A program made the position numbers and the translations under genes. A stretch of 64,000 bases of DNA. Source: Rhina ancylostomus (Eukaryota). The notes under the pieces were generated by a model, which saw nothing but the letters and a program-made list of their open reading frames with translations, did not search any database and was not told where the DNA came from. Location of the stretch: contig JARFYF010000002.1 of NCBI GenBank assembly GCA_030265395.1, forward strand, positions 70,853,744-70,917,743. Direction: 5' to 3'. The first letter of the stretch is position 1, and every line of letters begins with the position of its first letter. Positions 12,256-25,989 of the stretch are shown in pieces.

Positions 12256-13849
12256 AAAAAAAATTGCACAATTGAGTTTTCTTTTCGGAAATCAATATTA
12301 TCAGGGCACCTCATGAAAATTTTAATTGCCACACACAGCCGCAGAAAGAGTGTCACGTAGGAACGAACACTGTAAATCAATGCTAATTCCCAAGTACCAT
12401 GTTCTCGTTATTGTACTACATATGATTCTACAAAAATGAGTTTGTGCAGGAAAGATTGCCATTGATAGAGAATTGACTCTCAATAACATACAATAGAGAG
12501 TAATGAAGATTTGCCTAAACTCAATGTAATTTGAATGAGGGATGATCTCAGTAAGATGTACAGGATTTTGAAGAGTGAGTTTCCTTTAGCTGGAGAGCCT
12601 AGAAAGTTGGGGCACAAGAGTTGGTCATTTAGGATCAAGATGAGGAGAGATTTCTTTAGACAGAGGGTTGTAAATCTTTGGACTTCTCTTCGTCAGAGGA
12701 CTGTGAATGCTCTGTTGTGGAGTATGGTGACGGGGCTTTAAGATTTTTGGACCCCAAGGAAATTGGGCAGGACTTTAGGTACAGGATCATTGGTGATAGT
12801 GAATGGAGGAAGAGGCTGCACAGAGACCTACATGTCTTCTACTTTTTATGTTACATTCTGATTAGTCTGTTATGTCCTTTTGAATATCTGCCTCCTCCCA
12901 CTCCCATCTCCGCTACTGTTTATAAACAAATGTCTCCTTTGTANNNNNNNNNNNNNNNNNNNNNNNNNNNNNNNNNNNNNNNNNNNNNNNNNNNNNNNNN
13001 NNNNNNNNNNNNNNNNNNNNNNNNNNNNNNNNNNNNNNNNNNNNNNNNNNNNNNNNNNNNNNNNNNNNNNNNNNNNNNNNNNNNNNNNNNNNNNNNNNNN
13101 NNNNNNNNNNNNNNNNNNNNNNNNNNNNNNNNNNNNNNNNNNNNNNNNNNNNNNNNNNNNNNNNNNNNNNNNNNNNNNNNNNNNNNNNNNNNNNNNNNNN
13201 NNNNNNNNNNNNNNNNNNNNNCTGTAAATATCAGGAACCTCATGGATAGCCCCAATAGCAACAAACCTAAGGGTTGCTCTACTATCAGAGCTTGGGAATT
13301 CAGATGCTTGACATTGACATCATTGACCTGGGTTGGGCAGGAGATGGTCAGCTTGAAGAACAATGCAGTGAATGCACCATCTTCTGGAAGGGTAAGCTGG
13401 AAGTGAGCGCTGTCGTCATGTTGTGAGCTTTGTTGTCAAGTGTGAGTTAGTCTGGTATCTCTAAAAGTGTACATCTTGTGACCCTTTGGCTCAACCTAAT
13501 GTGGGACTATCACACTACAGTCATTAGTTCACATGCCTCAACCCTAATGGAAATGGGGAACTGGCCAGCATCCCAGAGGTAAGCAGAGATAGTGAAGGAT
13601 ATAATCCTCTGGCAAGGTACGATTAGCAAGAAGGGAGAAGGGAAGACTAAGTTTGACAGAGTCCTCCTCCTTACAAGATGCCTGTTGTTCCAGAGACATG
13701 AACACAAGATCTCACAGTAACACACCTACGCCAAGTGCTGGCATCTGTTAGAGATCGTAGTACGAGCGGGAGACTGCAAGCATGTCCATATCGCCCATGC
13801 TGCGATGAGCACTAGTCGCTAATGGAGCAACCAATGCCTTAGATGCTCT

Positions 13850-15520
13850 GTTACCACTAATAACCTGATCCCAAGGCAAATGCAGCAACAGGAACATTGC
13901 TGCAAGGAAATCAGTGCTGAAGGTTTCGAGGACTTCACAAAGATGGCTCTTCTCAGACACCTCCACCTGACAACCTCCAAACAGCATGAGCTGTAAAGTG
14001 TCCATAGTGTTTAGACTACTCTGAAGTCTACCTCAATTAGCACCTGCGAAGAGACTCTTGGTTTACCTTTCCGAATGCACCAGGACTGGTTCAGTCAGAA
14101 TAACCAAGAGATCCAGGAGCAGTGCAGGGCTTCCTTGGACTGGAAACCCATTCTCCCAGCCTTCAAGGGAAAATAATCAAGTCTACAGCCACCTGGGGGC
14201 TGAGGTACAACAGGCAACTTGTGGTGGGAGGAAAATGTGCAGGAGGTCAGCTACTCATTCACGGATATGAAATGTCTGGATTCTTCAGCAGCGCCAAGGA
14301 CAAATGGAGAGATGGTAAGCACCCTGTGGAGGGAACACTTTGGGAGAAACTCCTCCAGTCTGTCCTTGACTTGACACAAGCACTCAAGACTCTTTTCATT
14401 ATCTGGTCCAGCTTTGTCGATGCACTTGACAAGAAAGAAGTTGAAAAGTCTATGGCAAACAGCAACAAGGCTTCAGCAGCAGATAATATCCTTGCCGAAG
14501 TTATAAAACTTGTGGGAGAAGGAACTTCACTCACAAATTTATTAATGTTGCCTCCCATGTGTGGGTAGCAGAAGACATGGTAATGGACTTCAGATGCCAT
14601 AATTGTGTCAGTCTTCAAGAAAAGAGACAAATCTTGTTGCAGGAACCAAAGGGTGGTCTCCCTGCTGTCTGCCACAGGAAAGTCATCCACAATTGTTTTA
14701 TCCAAGTGGTTCAAAAGCTACTTCCATGTGGATTCCAACTGCCTTGAATCACAGTGGACATGATCTTCACCATGCATCCACTCAGAGAGATTTATTAGCC
14801 ACTGAGGGCAGAATGCAGACTCTTGCGTTTGTTCATAGGCCAAACTACATGTCGTCAACCCTTTGTTCACTGAAGCATGTGCAAGATTGGTCTTCAATGC
14901 TGGAGAAACAAAATTTCTCTAGCAATCAGTTCCCACTGAACAACAATGCCCTTTGACGACAGGGGTCCACAAGGAGAGCCTGGTTAATGTTGATTGTTCC
15001 TTGCATCTTACCAGGTTCATTGGCCAGACCACAACACTTGCATCCCCAGCACCAAACTCTTGGAGCAAACACCCTGCTCTGAGTTCTGTCATGGCAAGAG
15101 ATTACCAGGAGAACAGAGGATACACTTTAAGAATTCTTTCCAAACCTCCTTGGAATAAATATAAGATTCTTGCTGACTCATCCCAGGCCCATGACTGAAC
15201 AAAATAGAGAAGAGCAAGAGGTATAGTGCTGAAGACCTTGAGTTTCTTGGCTGAGAAAATGGAAATCCAGTGTAAAATGTGGAAAGAGTGTAGTGTCACA
15301 CAAACTCTCCACCCTTTCAAGCTCTTCCTGTCCCACCTGCCAGAGTTTGGGAGTCGTACATTAACCTTAGCATTACTTCAGGATCCACAAAATTAGACTT
15401 GAAGCAGATCACCTTTGATCTCTAGGGATTGCCAAAGAAGGCGTTCCAATATAAAGTCAAAACTGAAAAAGCTAGGGACCTCAATGGCATGGTAGTAATG
15501 ACCACCTCCAGGAGAGGAAG
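13850..15520 (+). mobile_element. Degraded RTE-clade LINE (RT region)
   Basis: Frameshifted motifs HQDWFSQNNQEIQE, NKASAADNILAEVIKLVG and VFKKRDKSCCRN..V.LLSATGKVI are typical of RTE/BovB-like ORFs. Confidence 0.7.
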
Positions 15521-15839
15521 GAAGTCCAGTTGCAGGACCTAGAGGGGGTCTCCCTACTGTCTGCTACACCAGAGTCGTCATCAGGGATGTCTGCGTGTGA
15601 GGCAGCATCTGTGGGCGGACAGAGTAAATGTTTTCAATCAATGGCCTTTTTGTCAGAGCATGTGAAACATTACTACTGCTGTGTTCATCACAGAAATACA
15701 ACTGTATATCTATCCTATCAGACCATAATTTTCAAAATATCTATTAGATCACTCCCACCTTTTTATTTCCCAGAGAGGACAGCCTCACTTTGTATTCTTT
15801 CCCGGAAGCTTGAGAGTCTCTCAGTTCTGATAGATAAAC

Positions 15840-16135
15840 TATAAGATATCTTTATTAGTCACATGTATATCGAAACACACAGTGAAATGCATCGTTTGCA
15901 TGGTGTTTTCTGGGGGCAGCCTGCAAGTGTCATCACACTTCCAGCACCAACATAGCATGCCCACAACTTCCTAACTTGTATGTCTTTGGAACGTGGGAGG
16001 AAATTGGAGCACCCAGAGGAAACCCACACAGACGCAGAGAGAGCATACAAGATCCTTACAGACAGCGGTTGAAACTGAACCCAGGTCGCTGGCGCTTTAA
16101 TAGCGTTACGCTAACCGCTGCACTACTGAGCCTGC
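15840..16135 (-). mobile_element. tRNA-derived V-SINE with a Rex1/Babar-like tail
   Basis: On the minus strand: a tRNA-like head (tagtgcagcggttagc...gggttcagtttc), a V-core gtgtgggtttcctctgggtgctccaatttcctcccacgttccaaagac, and a tail atgcatttcactgtgtgtttcgatatacatgtgactaataaag. Confidence 0.8.
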
Positions 16136-18159
16136 AATATATACTTCAAGAGAGTTCAAGATTTCTTTATTTGTCATTGTACTGTTGCAGAACAACACAA
16201 CGAAATTACGATGGCACTCCCTTGCCTAATAAAAACCAGAACTGTAAATTGATAAGAACAATTATAACTATAAAATAAAACAAACATACTTACACAAATA
16301 TAAGGTATACAAAAAATGAGGCAGTGTGCAAATGGACCATGATAATAATAGTAATGATAATCAGCAGCATATCAATATCAATATAGCAGCATAAATCATT
16401 AAATAACATCATGGTACTTGAGAAGCTTATATGTACCTTCTCCAATGCCCATATTTTATTCTGCAAGATCACTGACCAGAAACATTAACTCTGGTTCTTT
16501 CTCCAAAATGCTGCCTAGTCCCCAGCATTTTCTGCTTTTATCATGTTCTCCATGCTCTCGCCCTCTGTCTTGCTTCTCACTCTGAAGGCTGTTTATTTAC
16601 ATGTGGGTTTCAGCCACCCACACTGTCAGTCATCAGTCTGGGCTGGGCAAAAATTGAATGGTGTTGGACAATACGAAGTGGACCGCTAAGTTGGTCTCAA
16701 CTAACTTGGGAGCAAAGTGCTTTGGGTGGTCAGATGGTTCTGCTTCCCTGAAGGCCATTGGATTCACCTGATTAGTCAACAAACCTGTATTGCTAAATGA
16801 AGTATTTTTGTATTGCTAAATGGAGTACACGTGACCCTGTGCTGTGAGGTGGTTGAGTTCTTGGAAAATCACAATACAGACTGTTTTCAATTACGTGAAG
16901 CTACATCATCTGTGCATGCATCAAGAAATGCAAGTTTTAAAAAAAAGTTTATTTATTTACTTTTTTTCCTATGTAAATTTTGTGTAGTTACTTTTATTCT
17001 TGGGTACAGGCAGGGAGTGCCTTTTCTGGGAGAGAGGTAGCTGGCCCAGAAAAATAGGCACACCATCTGAAATAAAAATTCTGCATTGAGCTTTTTTTAA
17101 ATCATGAATGATCTCAAAACTCTTCAGAAGGGCATCCAGTTATTTTAAACAATAACTTGTTCACAGCTCTTCGAGATAACACTAAAAGTATATTGTTAAC
17201 GACACATATATCTGTTTATGTAAAATTAGTTCATGCCTTCTGCTCAGTATGGTGTTGCAAATTTTTGTTTTAAGCCATTTATTTTCTTGGTAAGGAAGAT
17301 GAAAATCACTGAAGCAAACACTGATTTTTGTTTTTAACTTGAATGACTACTGCGGGTGCTGAATTTCACAGCTAAGAATCCTGATCGTTCCTTTATGGAA
17401 ATCCGTTAAATCCCCTGTTGCTGTTGCCTCTGTAAGATTTAAATATTTTTGCAGCTCAGATGGCTCAGCTGAACGCTGACAAAGGCTTGGATTTGTGCTT
17501 TAGCAATCTCTGCAGACCTGTGATAATCAGAGTGCCTGCTATCGCAGTTAATTATGTAGTCTATATCCAAAAAAAGCAGTGATTCTTTGACTCTTCAGGT
17601 GCTATGTGGATGCTGTCCTTCCCTCCTCCTCTCCAGCAGATTGTTACATCCATCCTGTTCCCTTCTTAACAATAACATAGAAAGGAGACTAGAGCAATGA
17701 GGTACAGAGATCAGGTATCAATTAGTTTACTTAGTATAACACAACTGCATTTATAAAATATGCACAGGAAGCAGAGCCTACTCATTATACTGATCCAGCA
17801 CAGATTGAGAGCTACATGTTTGTGAAAACCTGTTCCCGAGCTTGACTGTCAATGTCGCACAGAGCACAGAGATTGCGTCTTGCCTCACCTTTTCTGCTGT
17901 TGCAGCTGAATCTGCAGCAGAACCAGAAGGAAAGAATCTGACTTCCCTTCAAAGTTAGTTGGAGTCTTCTCACTCGAGATACAGCCCACATGCTGGAGGC
18001 CAGGGTGGAGCAGAAGTGTCTGAGTGTTCCAGAACTTGTATTGAAAACACTGAATGATGGCTGTCAGCTTTCAGTTTCCTGAATTACAGCACAGGTTTCT
18101 GATTGGGACAGGAATGACCATCATTCTAATTACAATATTGAGCACATGCTTGATAGATG

Positions 18160-18712
18160 CAGTTGATTGCAGCATTAGGTGGTACAGCAATTCCAACACA
18201 CAGGAACGTAAAAGGCTGCAGAGAGTAGAGGACACATCCCTGTCCATCATGGGCACAGCCCTCCCTGCCATTGAAAGCATCTATGTGAGGTGCTCCCTCA
18301 AGGAGCTGGCATCTTTCATTAAGGATCCCCACCATCTGCATCATGCCCTCTTCTTGCTGCCCTCATCGGGCAGATGGTACAGAAGCCTGACATCCCACAC
18401 CACCAGGTTCAGGAATAGTCACTTTCCTACAAACGTCAGCTTCTTGAACCGATGCGCACACCCCTAGTCCGACTTGAGCAACAGAATACTATGAACCACC
18501 TCTTGCACTACCATGGACTGTCTCCGATTGTGTTTTTTGCACTAATGTGCTGTTTTGCACAGTCTTTTTCTTCAGTCTTGTATACTTTATGTATAATTTA
18601 TGTCCTGGGTATTGTCTGAATCTATGTGCTTATGATGCTGCTGCAAGTAAGTTTTTCATTGTTACCTGTACCTCACCATATTTGTACACATAACAATAAA
18701 TTTAACTTGACT
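18160..18712 (+). mobile_element. Rex1/Babar-type LINE 3' fragment
   Basis: Encodes WYSNSNTQERKRLQRVEDT..IMGTALPAIESIY...FIKDPHHLHHALFLLPSSGRWYRSL.SHTTRFRNS. The tail ends in acaataaa plus a short repeat. Confidence 0.85.
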
Positions 18713-20094
18713 TTACCTTGCAATCTATTAATTTTTTAGGCACTGGTATGTTTCAAGGTATTTGCATTAAGTGATTTGTTGCCATATTTTAAGATCAATT
18801 CAATGACACCTGGAAAATTGGGGGGAAATTATGAAGTTGTAAACAAGCAATTTTTAAACTGCTGATTTGTAGCACATGTAGTTTGTCAAACTAATTGCTC
18901 TAATAGTGTGGAAGAGTTGAAAGCAGTTCCCAAGATCAAAAAAGCTATCAGCAATCATAAAGCTAGGTCGGGCAAAATTTGAATGGTGTTTGATGGACCA
19001 TTATGTATGTCTGAAGTACCTTTTAGAGTCAATTGATTTGGGTGAGGTTAGATAATTCTGTTTCCCTCAGGGAGGTTAGATTTAAGGCTGTTGAACTGAC
19101 TGAGCCTCCTCTGCACTCCTCCAGTTTCCGTAGGTACAGGCATTGTGAATTTGCCCCAACCCATTATCCTAGCATTCTTATGATTCAAGCAATTATTTAC
19201 GTATCAGTATAACTCCATGGCCTTTAAATGTCCCTTCGCGGATGAGGTGCCAAATTGTGCATTATATTGCAGACTTAAGAGTTAATGTCCTGTGCTAACT
19301 AAATGTTTAAGGCCCAGCTAAATTACTGAATAGATTTATATCAGAAAACTTAAACGTCCGTGTGGTGGATGTATCTTCATTATAGAAGAAACGTGTTTAT
19401 GAAAGCAGACTTGAGTCAGTCACTGAAACACATCCAGTGACAGTGAAGTCATTATGAGCCAAACTAATGATGTCCCAAGTGCAACATGACACTATTTCAT
19501 TTTGTAGAATACATTTGTTTTAACTGTTATAACTCTAAATTTGCAATATAATAGACAAGTTAACTGATACAGCAATTGGCTCCTTTTTCTCCCAATGTCC
19601 TTTCACTCTAAATGGTCATTTGCACCCTCCACAAGCTAACGTTCTTTTTTTTGGTGCATCCCTATCTCCTTTCCATCCCCATAATAAATGTGTTTGAATT
19701 CCTTCATGTAATGCCTCTGATATAGTGGGTGGGGTGGTGGATGCTGGAAGGGAAGATGTTTTGTAGTTTGGTTTCTGGGACAAGTTTATTGCATGATGTT
19801 AACTTACATCGCCATACATGATAAGTATTCCAGTTCTTAAAAGGTCTAAATATAGTGAACTGTTTTTGCTGTGGATGAGACTACATAATAATTATTAGAG
19901 TACTGTTGAAGCATGTTTGAGCTAAGATCTGCAAGGTTACTTTTATATTGACCTCAGGACTGTGAAATGACATTCAAGATTATTCTAGAGCATTTGTTGG
20001 GTTATGACTAATTCATAACATTCATAGTATTAAAAAAAGATGTGTTTCATGATTCTGCCCTCTTCCCCTGAAGATGTTTACTCACATTGTCATA

Positions 20095-20690
20095 GAGAAT
20101 CATAGAGTCACATAGCACAGAAACCAGCCCTTTGGCCCACCATGTCCTTGCTGACCTTTTTGCCCATCTACACTAATTCCATTTGCCTGCATTAGGTTTG
20201 TATCCTTCTATGCCTTTCTATATGTTTCTTTATCATAGTAACTGCATCTGACTCCATCACCTCCTCTGGCAGCGAGTTCTGGTTATCAGCCACTCTTATT
20301 GTAAAAGAAAACTTTACCTCATCAGGTCCTCTTTAAAACTCCTTTTTCTCGTCTTAACCCAATGTTGTCTTGTTTTTGATTAATATTACCATGGGAAAAG
20401 ATTTTGACAATCGACCCTAACTACGTCTTTTATAATTTTGTATAGTTCTGTCAGGATCCCCCATCGGCTCCCTTTCACTCCAGGGATAACCCTGCTTATC
20501 CAATCTCTCCCCCTTACTAAAGTCCTCCAAACCAGGTAACATCCTGGTGAATTTCCTCTGCACTCTGTCCTGTGCAACCACATCCTTCCTATAGTGTGCC
20601 AATCAGAACTTCACACAAGGTTCCAAGTGTGGTCTAACCAGTGTTTTGTAAAGTTGCAGCATCATGTCCCTACTTTTATATTCTCTGCCT
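20095..20690 (-). mobile_element. CR1-clade LINE 3' fragment
   Basis: Minus ORF AHYRKDVVAQDRVQRKFTRMLPGLEDFSKGERLDK, with a catagagt-type microsatellite tail. Confidence 0.85.
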
Positions 20691-22589
20691 TTTATATGCT
20701 ATTGAGTTGAACTTATGTGTGTTTGTTACTAAACTCAACCTGTGAATATTTTTGGACCACACTTGTAACTAACGGTTTTCTATAGTCAAATATCCAAGGT
20801 AATTTTAAAAATTAGAGTAACCTGAGGAGTTTTCTGATGTATCTTGCATTGCAGGTTTGAATATAATTTTTCACTTTGCTTTTATTTTTCACGGGTTGCA
20901 CATTAATTATTGTAGAAATGAGATTTAGTGAAATTCCGCAAGCGTTTCCTGAGTAATACATCTTAATGCAAAGTTTATTCATTTTATCTATAAATCACAA
21001 ACGGGAGCTATGCTATGAAATTGATATCAAGTCATCTGTAACTTGCCGTCCACCCTGTATCCCTTCTCTTCACTGGCGTGAATGCCGAACCAATAATCGT
21101 GACACTAAAGCTATACTTGGGCTGTTAAACTCTGGGCGGTTCCCAGTTATTGGCTGTTGGGTTGCTTGGTATAACTCTTTGGATGAGAACCTCCAGCTCA
21201 TGTTCTCACAAGGAGTACATGAGTGGAAGAGTGTGCACAGAGAAAAGTAGTAGGAAGAAATTATCAAAGAGTTCTTGGTTCAAAATGCTAGAAATCTGAA
21301 ATAAAACAGAATATGCTTGAAGTATTCAGCAAGAAAGGCAGCATCTGTGGAGAAAGAAACTGAATTAACATTTCGGGTACAAGAAAAAATATTGGGTTAT
21401 CTGAACTTTGAGACAACAAAGCTCTTTTCGTGGATGGATTGTACGATCCATTTCTTACATCTATTCACTGCTTGCTATAAAATAACATTTTACTTGCTGG
21501 TTATATTAGGGTAGTTTTTTTTGTCCCAGATCACTGATTGCCTGTTGCTGGACAATACTTTTTTTCCAGTGTGGCCCTGGGAGCAATGTGGCATAGAGCA
21601 GCATGGTAGCTGGGCCAGTACTGATATCCTGCTCACAGAATAGCTTTGACAGCCAGTGAGGCACTTGGAACTGGTTTTTAAAAAAAAGTATTACAAAATA
21701 TTTTGCATTTAAAGCTAAATAAATTGCATAGAAAAGGTATTTAAATAAATGTGATTTAATTTGAAGAAAAAGCTCTATTTGCCTTTCTCAGTGATATCTT
21801 CCTGTCATTTGAATGTAGCCACTGTGACTAATCTGGCACAGGGTGAGCACATCTGCTTCCCAGCTTGAGAGGTTCACATTGCTGCATTGGGCAGGTCAGA
21901 AGATGTTGTCACCAGTTTAGGACGGTGCCAGCAATGGAAATCAGAAATTCCATGGATAAATGTGAGTACTTTCCAGTGTTATCGCTGGTCTGGTAATGGA
22001 AGATCTAGCTCTTTTTATTTGGTTAATCTATTACATATATTTTATGTGTTAGTATTTAGATTAAATATTTTTAATCATGTAGTCAGCAATGTTTGGGTTG
22101 TTAAAAATCTTGTCATAATGTAAAATTATAAAAATAGTTGCAATAATGCTAGGGACCATGTATATATCCATGGAGTAGCTCAGCAACAACTTATTTGCTC
22201 TATTTTGGAGTACTCCAAATTAATTTTGCTGTGAATTTTCATTCTATCACCTCAAACCGTGGTTTATTAGCCATCTGTTTCTGTATTCAAAGTCTATCCA
22301 CTGTGGCCCCCAGTTGTATTCTTGTTAGCCTGTCAGTCACTGGTGGTGTGTCTCTTAAAAAGCACTGCTGCCTGGCAAATGTGCTGATAAAAACAGTAAA
22401 GGTCAGTGAGTGTGACAATTGGCCTGACCCATTACATCCCAGTCTGCCTCGCCCTGGATCTGCTGAGAACGGTGGTGTGCAGCCTGAAGAAGTATGCTCA
22501 AACCTCCTTCACCCCCACTTTGAGGAAGTAAATGCCTTTCTCAAAGGAAAGGAGGAAATTTGCTGTGGGTAAATCTTTGAAGCTGATGT

Positions 22590-23160
22590 TACAAGATGAG
22601 AAGGTTGTTAAAGCAATCGGTATTGTTGGCTTTATTGTAGGAAGTACTTAAGCAAAGAAGCTGCACCATTCTCTGGTTAAGCTCCAGCTGCAGTTTTGTG
22701 TTCATTTCTGAGCACCACACTTAAGGGAGATGTTAAAGCATCTGGGAAGGTCCAAAAGAGATTTCACAAAATGATACCAGGAATGAGTTATGTCGAGAGG
22801 CTGAAGAAGTTTGGATTAATTTCCTTCGCATGGAAAACATTGAAAGGAGTTTAACAGGTGTTGAAATCTTGAAGGGTTTTTATCAAATAAAATGGAGGTA
22901 AACATTTACTGTGATAGAAGGATTATTAACTAGATGACATGGACTTCATAATGAGATGACATGGCACTGTCTGAAAGGATGGAAGAAGCAGATTTGACTA
23001 CAGTTTCTATATGCTGGATAATTTGGAAATGGGGAAAAATAGTGCCAATCTGGTAAAAGAATTGGAGAAATAGGACAATTGGATAACTCTTTCAAAAAGC
23101 TGGAAAAGACATGATGGGGGTAAATAGCCCTCATGTACATTATCATTCTTTGATTCTATG
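22590..23160 (+). mobile_element. Degraded CR1 3' fragment
   Basis: tctggttaagctccagctgcag..tgtgttcatttctgagcaccacac..agagatttcacaaaatgataccaggaatg matches the CR1 RT C-terminal region. Confidence 0.7.
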
Positions 23161-25989
23161 TTGATTAGGAGTTTGTCCAGAAAAAAACAGGTATTTTAAC
23201 TTGGGTAAAATAAATAAGCACAACAAAGTGGGAATGGGAATGTACTAAAATAAATCAAATTTTCAGCAAGACTGTATGAAGGTAGGAAATAATGTTGCCT
23301 AGTTTTGGACGTACAGAATTGAGTTTTCTTGATCTGTTTGAAATATGTTGCACAAAATTACTTGCCAATCATGTTTATGATTATTGCAATAATGCTGTTA
23401 ATAATTGAAGCTTAAGCTTTGAGGGTGAGTTGCTCTGGAACTTTTCGATTTAGCTAAAATTCAATGTGACATTTGTAGCATCAACTTGAGTGTCTTCAAA
23501 CTTTTTTTACAATTTTCTGTATGTCATTTCAGATCAGTTTCATGATATGCTTAAGAACAGCCACCAATGACCTCTTTGACCTCTGGCCTGTTTGGAACTT
23601 GGTCCAACGGTAAGTAGATTACTGCAACTAAATTTGAAAAACTGATGAAATGACGAGTGAAACTGATTAACGTATAATTTATATGAATTTAACATAGACA
23701 TGTAGCAATGTACATTATGGTTATTAGTAGTTTGAGAAATGCAGTTTGCTAAGGTTATAATAGTTGTTAATTTTGTGCTGTTGGAAAAGAGAGTGGAAAA
23801 CACTCCAGTTTACGACTGTTAACTCAGGATGTTAATAAACTGATTTGCATACTTTTAAAAAGTGTTACAGAATGCTCCACTAATATTTCCAAGCTAAATG
23901 TATCCATGGCTCTGGAAGTGTGTGCTATACAATTGAATTTTTGAGGGGAAAAAAGTGTCAGGGAAGTCGGCGGCAAACCACAAGGATTGCAAGATCTATG
24001 ATATTACTTCTGAATCCTTTGAGTGCCTAACACATGAAGATATAGAGGCATGGTGATCTCCAGCAGTGTGCCACATGTGACTGAATGCCATTTTCATACG
24101 TTTTATTTTCATTTCTGTGTGAAGGTGTCCTTCTGTGTATGTGAGCCTGCTTCAATGAAACTGCCTGAATAGATCNNNNNNNNNNNNNNNNNNNNNNNNN
24201 NNNNNNNNNNNNNNNNNNNNNNNNNNNNNNNNNNNNNNNNNNNNNNNNNNNNNNNNNNNNNNNNNNNNNNNNNNNNNNNNNNNNNNNNNNNNNNNNNNNN
24301 NNNNNNNNNNNNNNNNNNNNNNNNNNNNNNNNNNNNNNNNNNNNNNNNNNNNNNNNNNNNNNNNNNNNNNNNNNNNNNNNNNNNNNNNNNNNNNNNNNNN
24401 NNNNNNNNNNNNNNNNNNNNNNNNNNNNNNNNNNNNNNNNNNNNNNNNNNNNNNNNNNNNNNNNNNNNNNNNNNNNNNNNNNNNNNNNNNNNNNNNNNNN
24501 NNNNNNNNNNNNNNNNNNNNNNNNNNNNNNNNNNNNNNNNNNNNNNGTCCCCCCCTCGATCGGTCTGATTATGATCAGAACATTCTCCCCCCCCCTTCCC
24601 CACCTCTAGCTGATGACAACCTTGACACCCCACTCCACCCAATGCCCGATCCTGACCTTTGAGATTCCCACCCTGAAGCTGGTGTCTCTTCCAGGCATTG
24701 ATGAGTGAGTGGAAAAAAGATCTTTGAATACTTGATGTGTAGCTTCTGTCTATTCCCTCGGGTCTCATGTGCACTAGAATTTTGCAGTGGTGGGCCCTCA
24801 CATAAAATCGTTCATCGGCCCATTAGAGACTGCATGTATCCTGGCGGCAAAGCATATTTACTGTAAGTCTTATCATTTAAACTGGATATGATATTCCTCA
24901 CTGAGGAATTGATTTACCTTTTGGACTTAGCATTTAAATATTAATGCAGCTTTTCTGGTTGCTGTCTAATTGAAGTAGCACTATGAACATTAAAGATCAC
25001 TGGATTTAAAATGGTTCAAAGAAACTAAGTTTGTTTTCCAATCACTTTGAACTTTTCACTTATTGAGTTATCATGCAATGAGGAGAGATTGTTTATAAAT
25101 GCGGCTGCTCATTCGTGTAAACTAGTACTGTAAGTAATTTTTCATGCACGAGAGAATCTTTCTGCTGTGGAATACACTGTCTCAGACGGGTGGATTGGGG
25201 ATGTTGCATTTTAATCTTCGTTGTCAGTGAGGCAATTTCTTCTTGATTGATGGATCCCATGAAAACTTAGCACCAACTTTCCTGGCGGTGGAAGTGGTTT
25301 CTCCTCTTTTTATTCTTCCTGGGAACTGCCACCACATTTCAATAGTAATTTCAGCCAAGGTTTAGCAGGTGCAGACAGGTGTTTGGTGGCAGTGGGATGA
25401 ATCCTGAAGGAAAATCACCTTTTGTACGCTTGTGGAATGGGCCCATCTTGCATGTGCCAACCCTCACAGTAATCATTTGGTCTCATTGCCCTGGTACTTT
25501 GTCAAGCCTTTTTGTTATCAAGCATTTGTCTACTTCCTTCTTCGGCTTTTATAAATTCAGTGCTCAACCCTATTTCTGGTTGGGAATTCCATATCCTAAC
25601 AATTCTAATTGCGATATCCTCATCGTTGTAATCTGTTTTTTAGCCTAGCCCTTTTTGTTTTGTGATGGATTTAAATTTGTGCTTTTAATGACTGGCAGAG
25701 CAAACTCTGAAAATATTTTTTCCCCCAAATTGCCTTTTCAAAGCTTGCAAGTAAAATAAAACATGGTTTGTTTCTTCTAATTTATCTGAGATAATGAAGC
25801 TAATTATAATGCCTAATCTCAGTTGAGATAAGCGAGTTTTGCATGGAATAGTAATTGAACTGGGAGTTTCCTTTTGAAATGACTATTTATCATGGCAGAG
25901 TTTTAGAAGTGAATTGGTTGTGGGAATAAAAAGTTCTGGGGGTTTAAATAGGGAGCTCTTCCAAGGTGCATGACAATTTGACAAAGTTA

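Noticed and set aside
12678-13406. Long ORFs of 147-242 aa, and similar ones at 24109-24801, 40414-40860 and 55087-55438
   Set aside because: Their length comes from N runs translated as X.
15990-16135. tRNA-like sequences with A/B boxes (also 38560-38630, 61623-61680 and ~30750-30810)
   Set aside because: They are SINE heads without a complete cloverleaf, not tRNA genes.
22195-22572. 125-aa ORF as a possible extra coding exon
   Set aside because: No recognisable domain or convincing splice sites, and the RNF144A CDS is complete without it.
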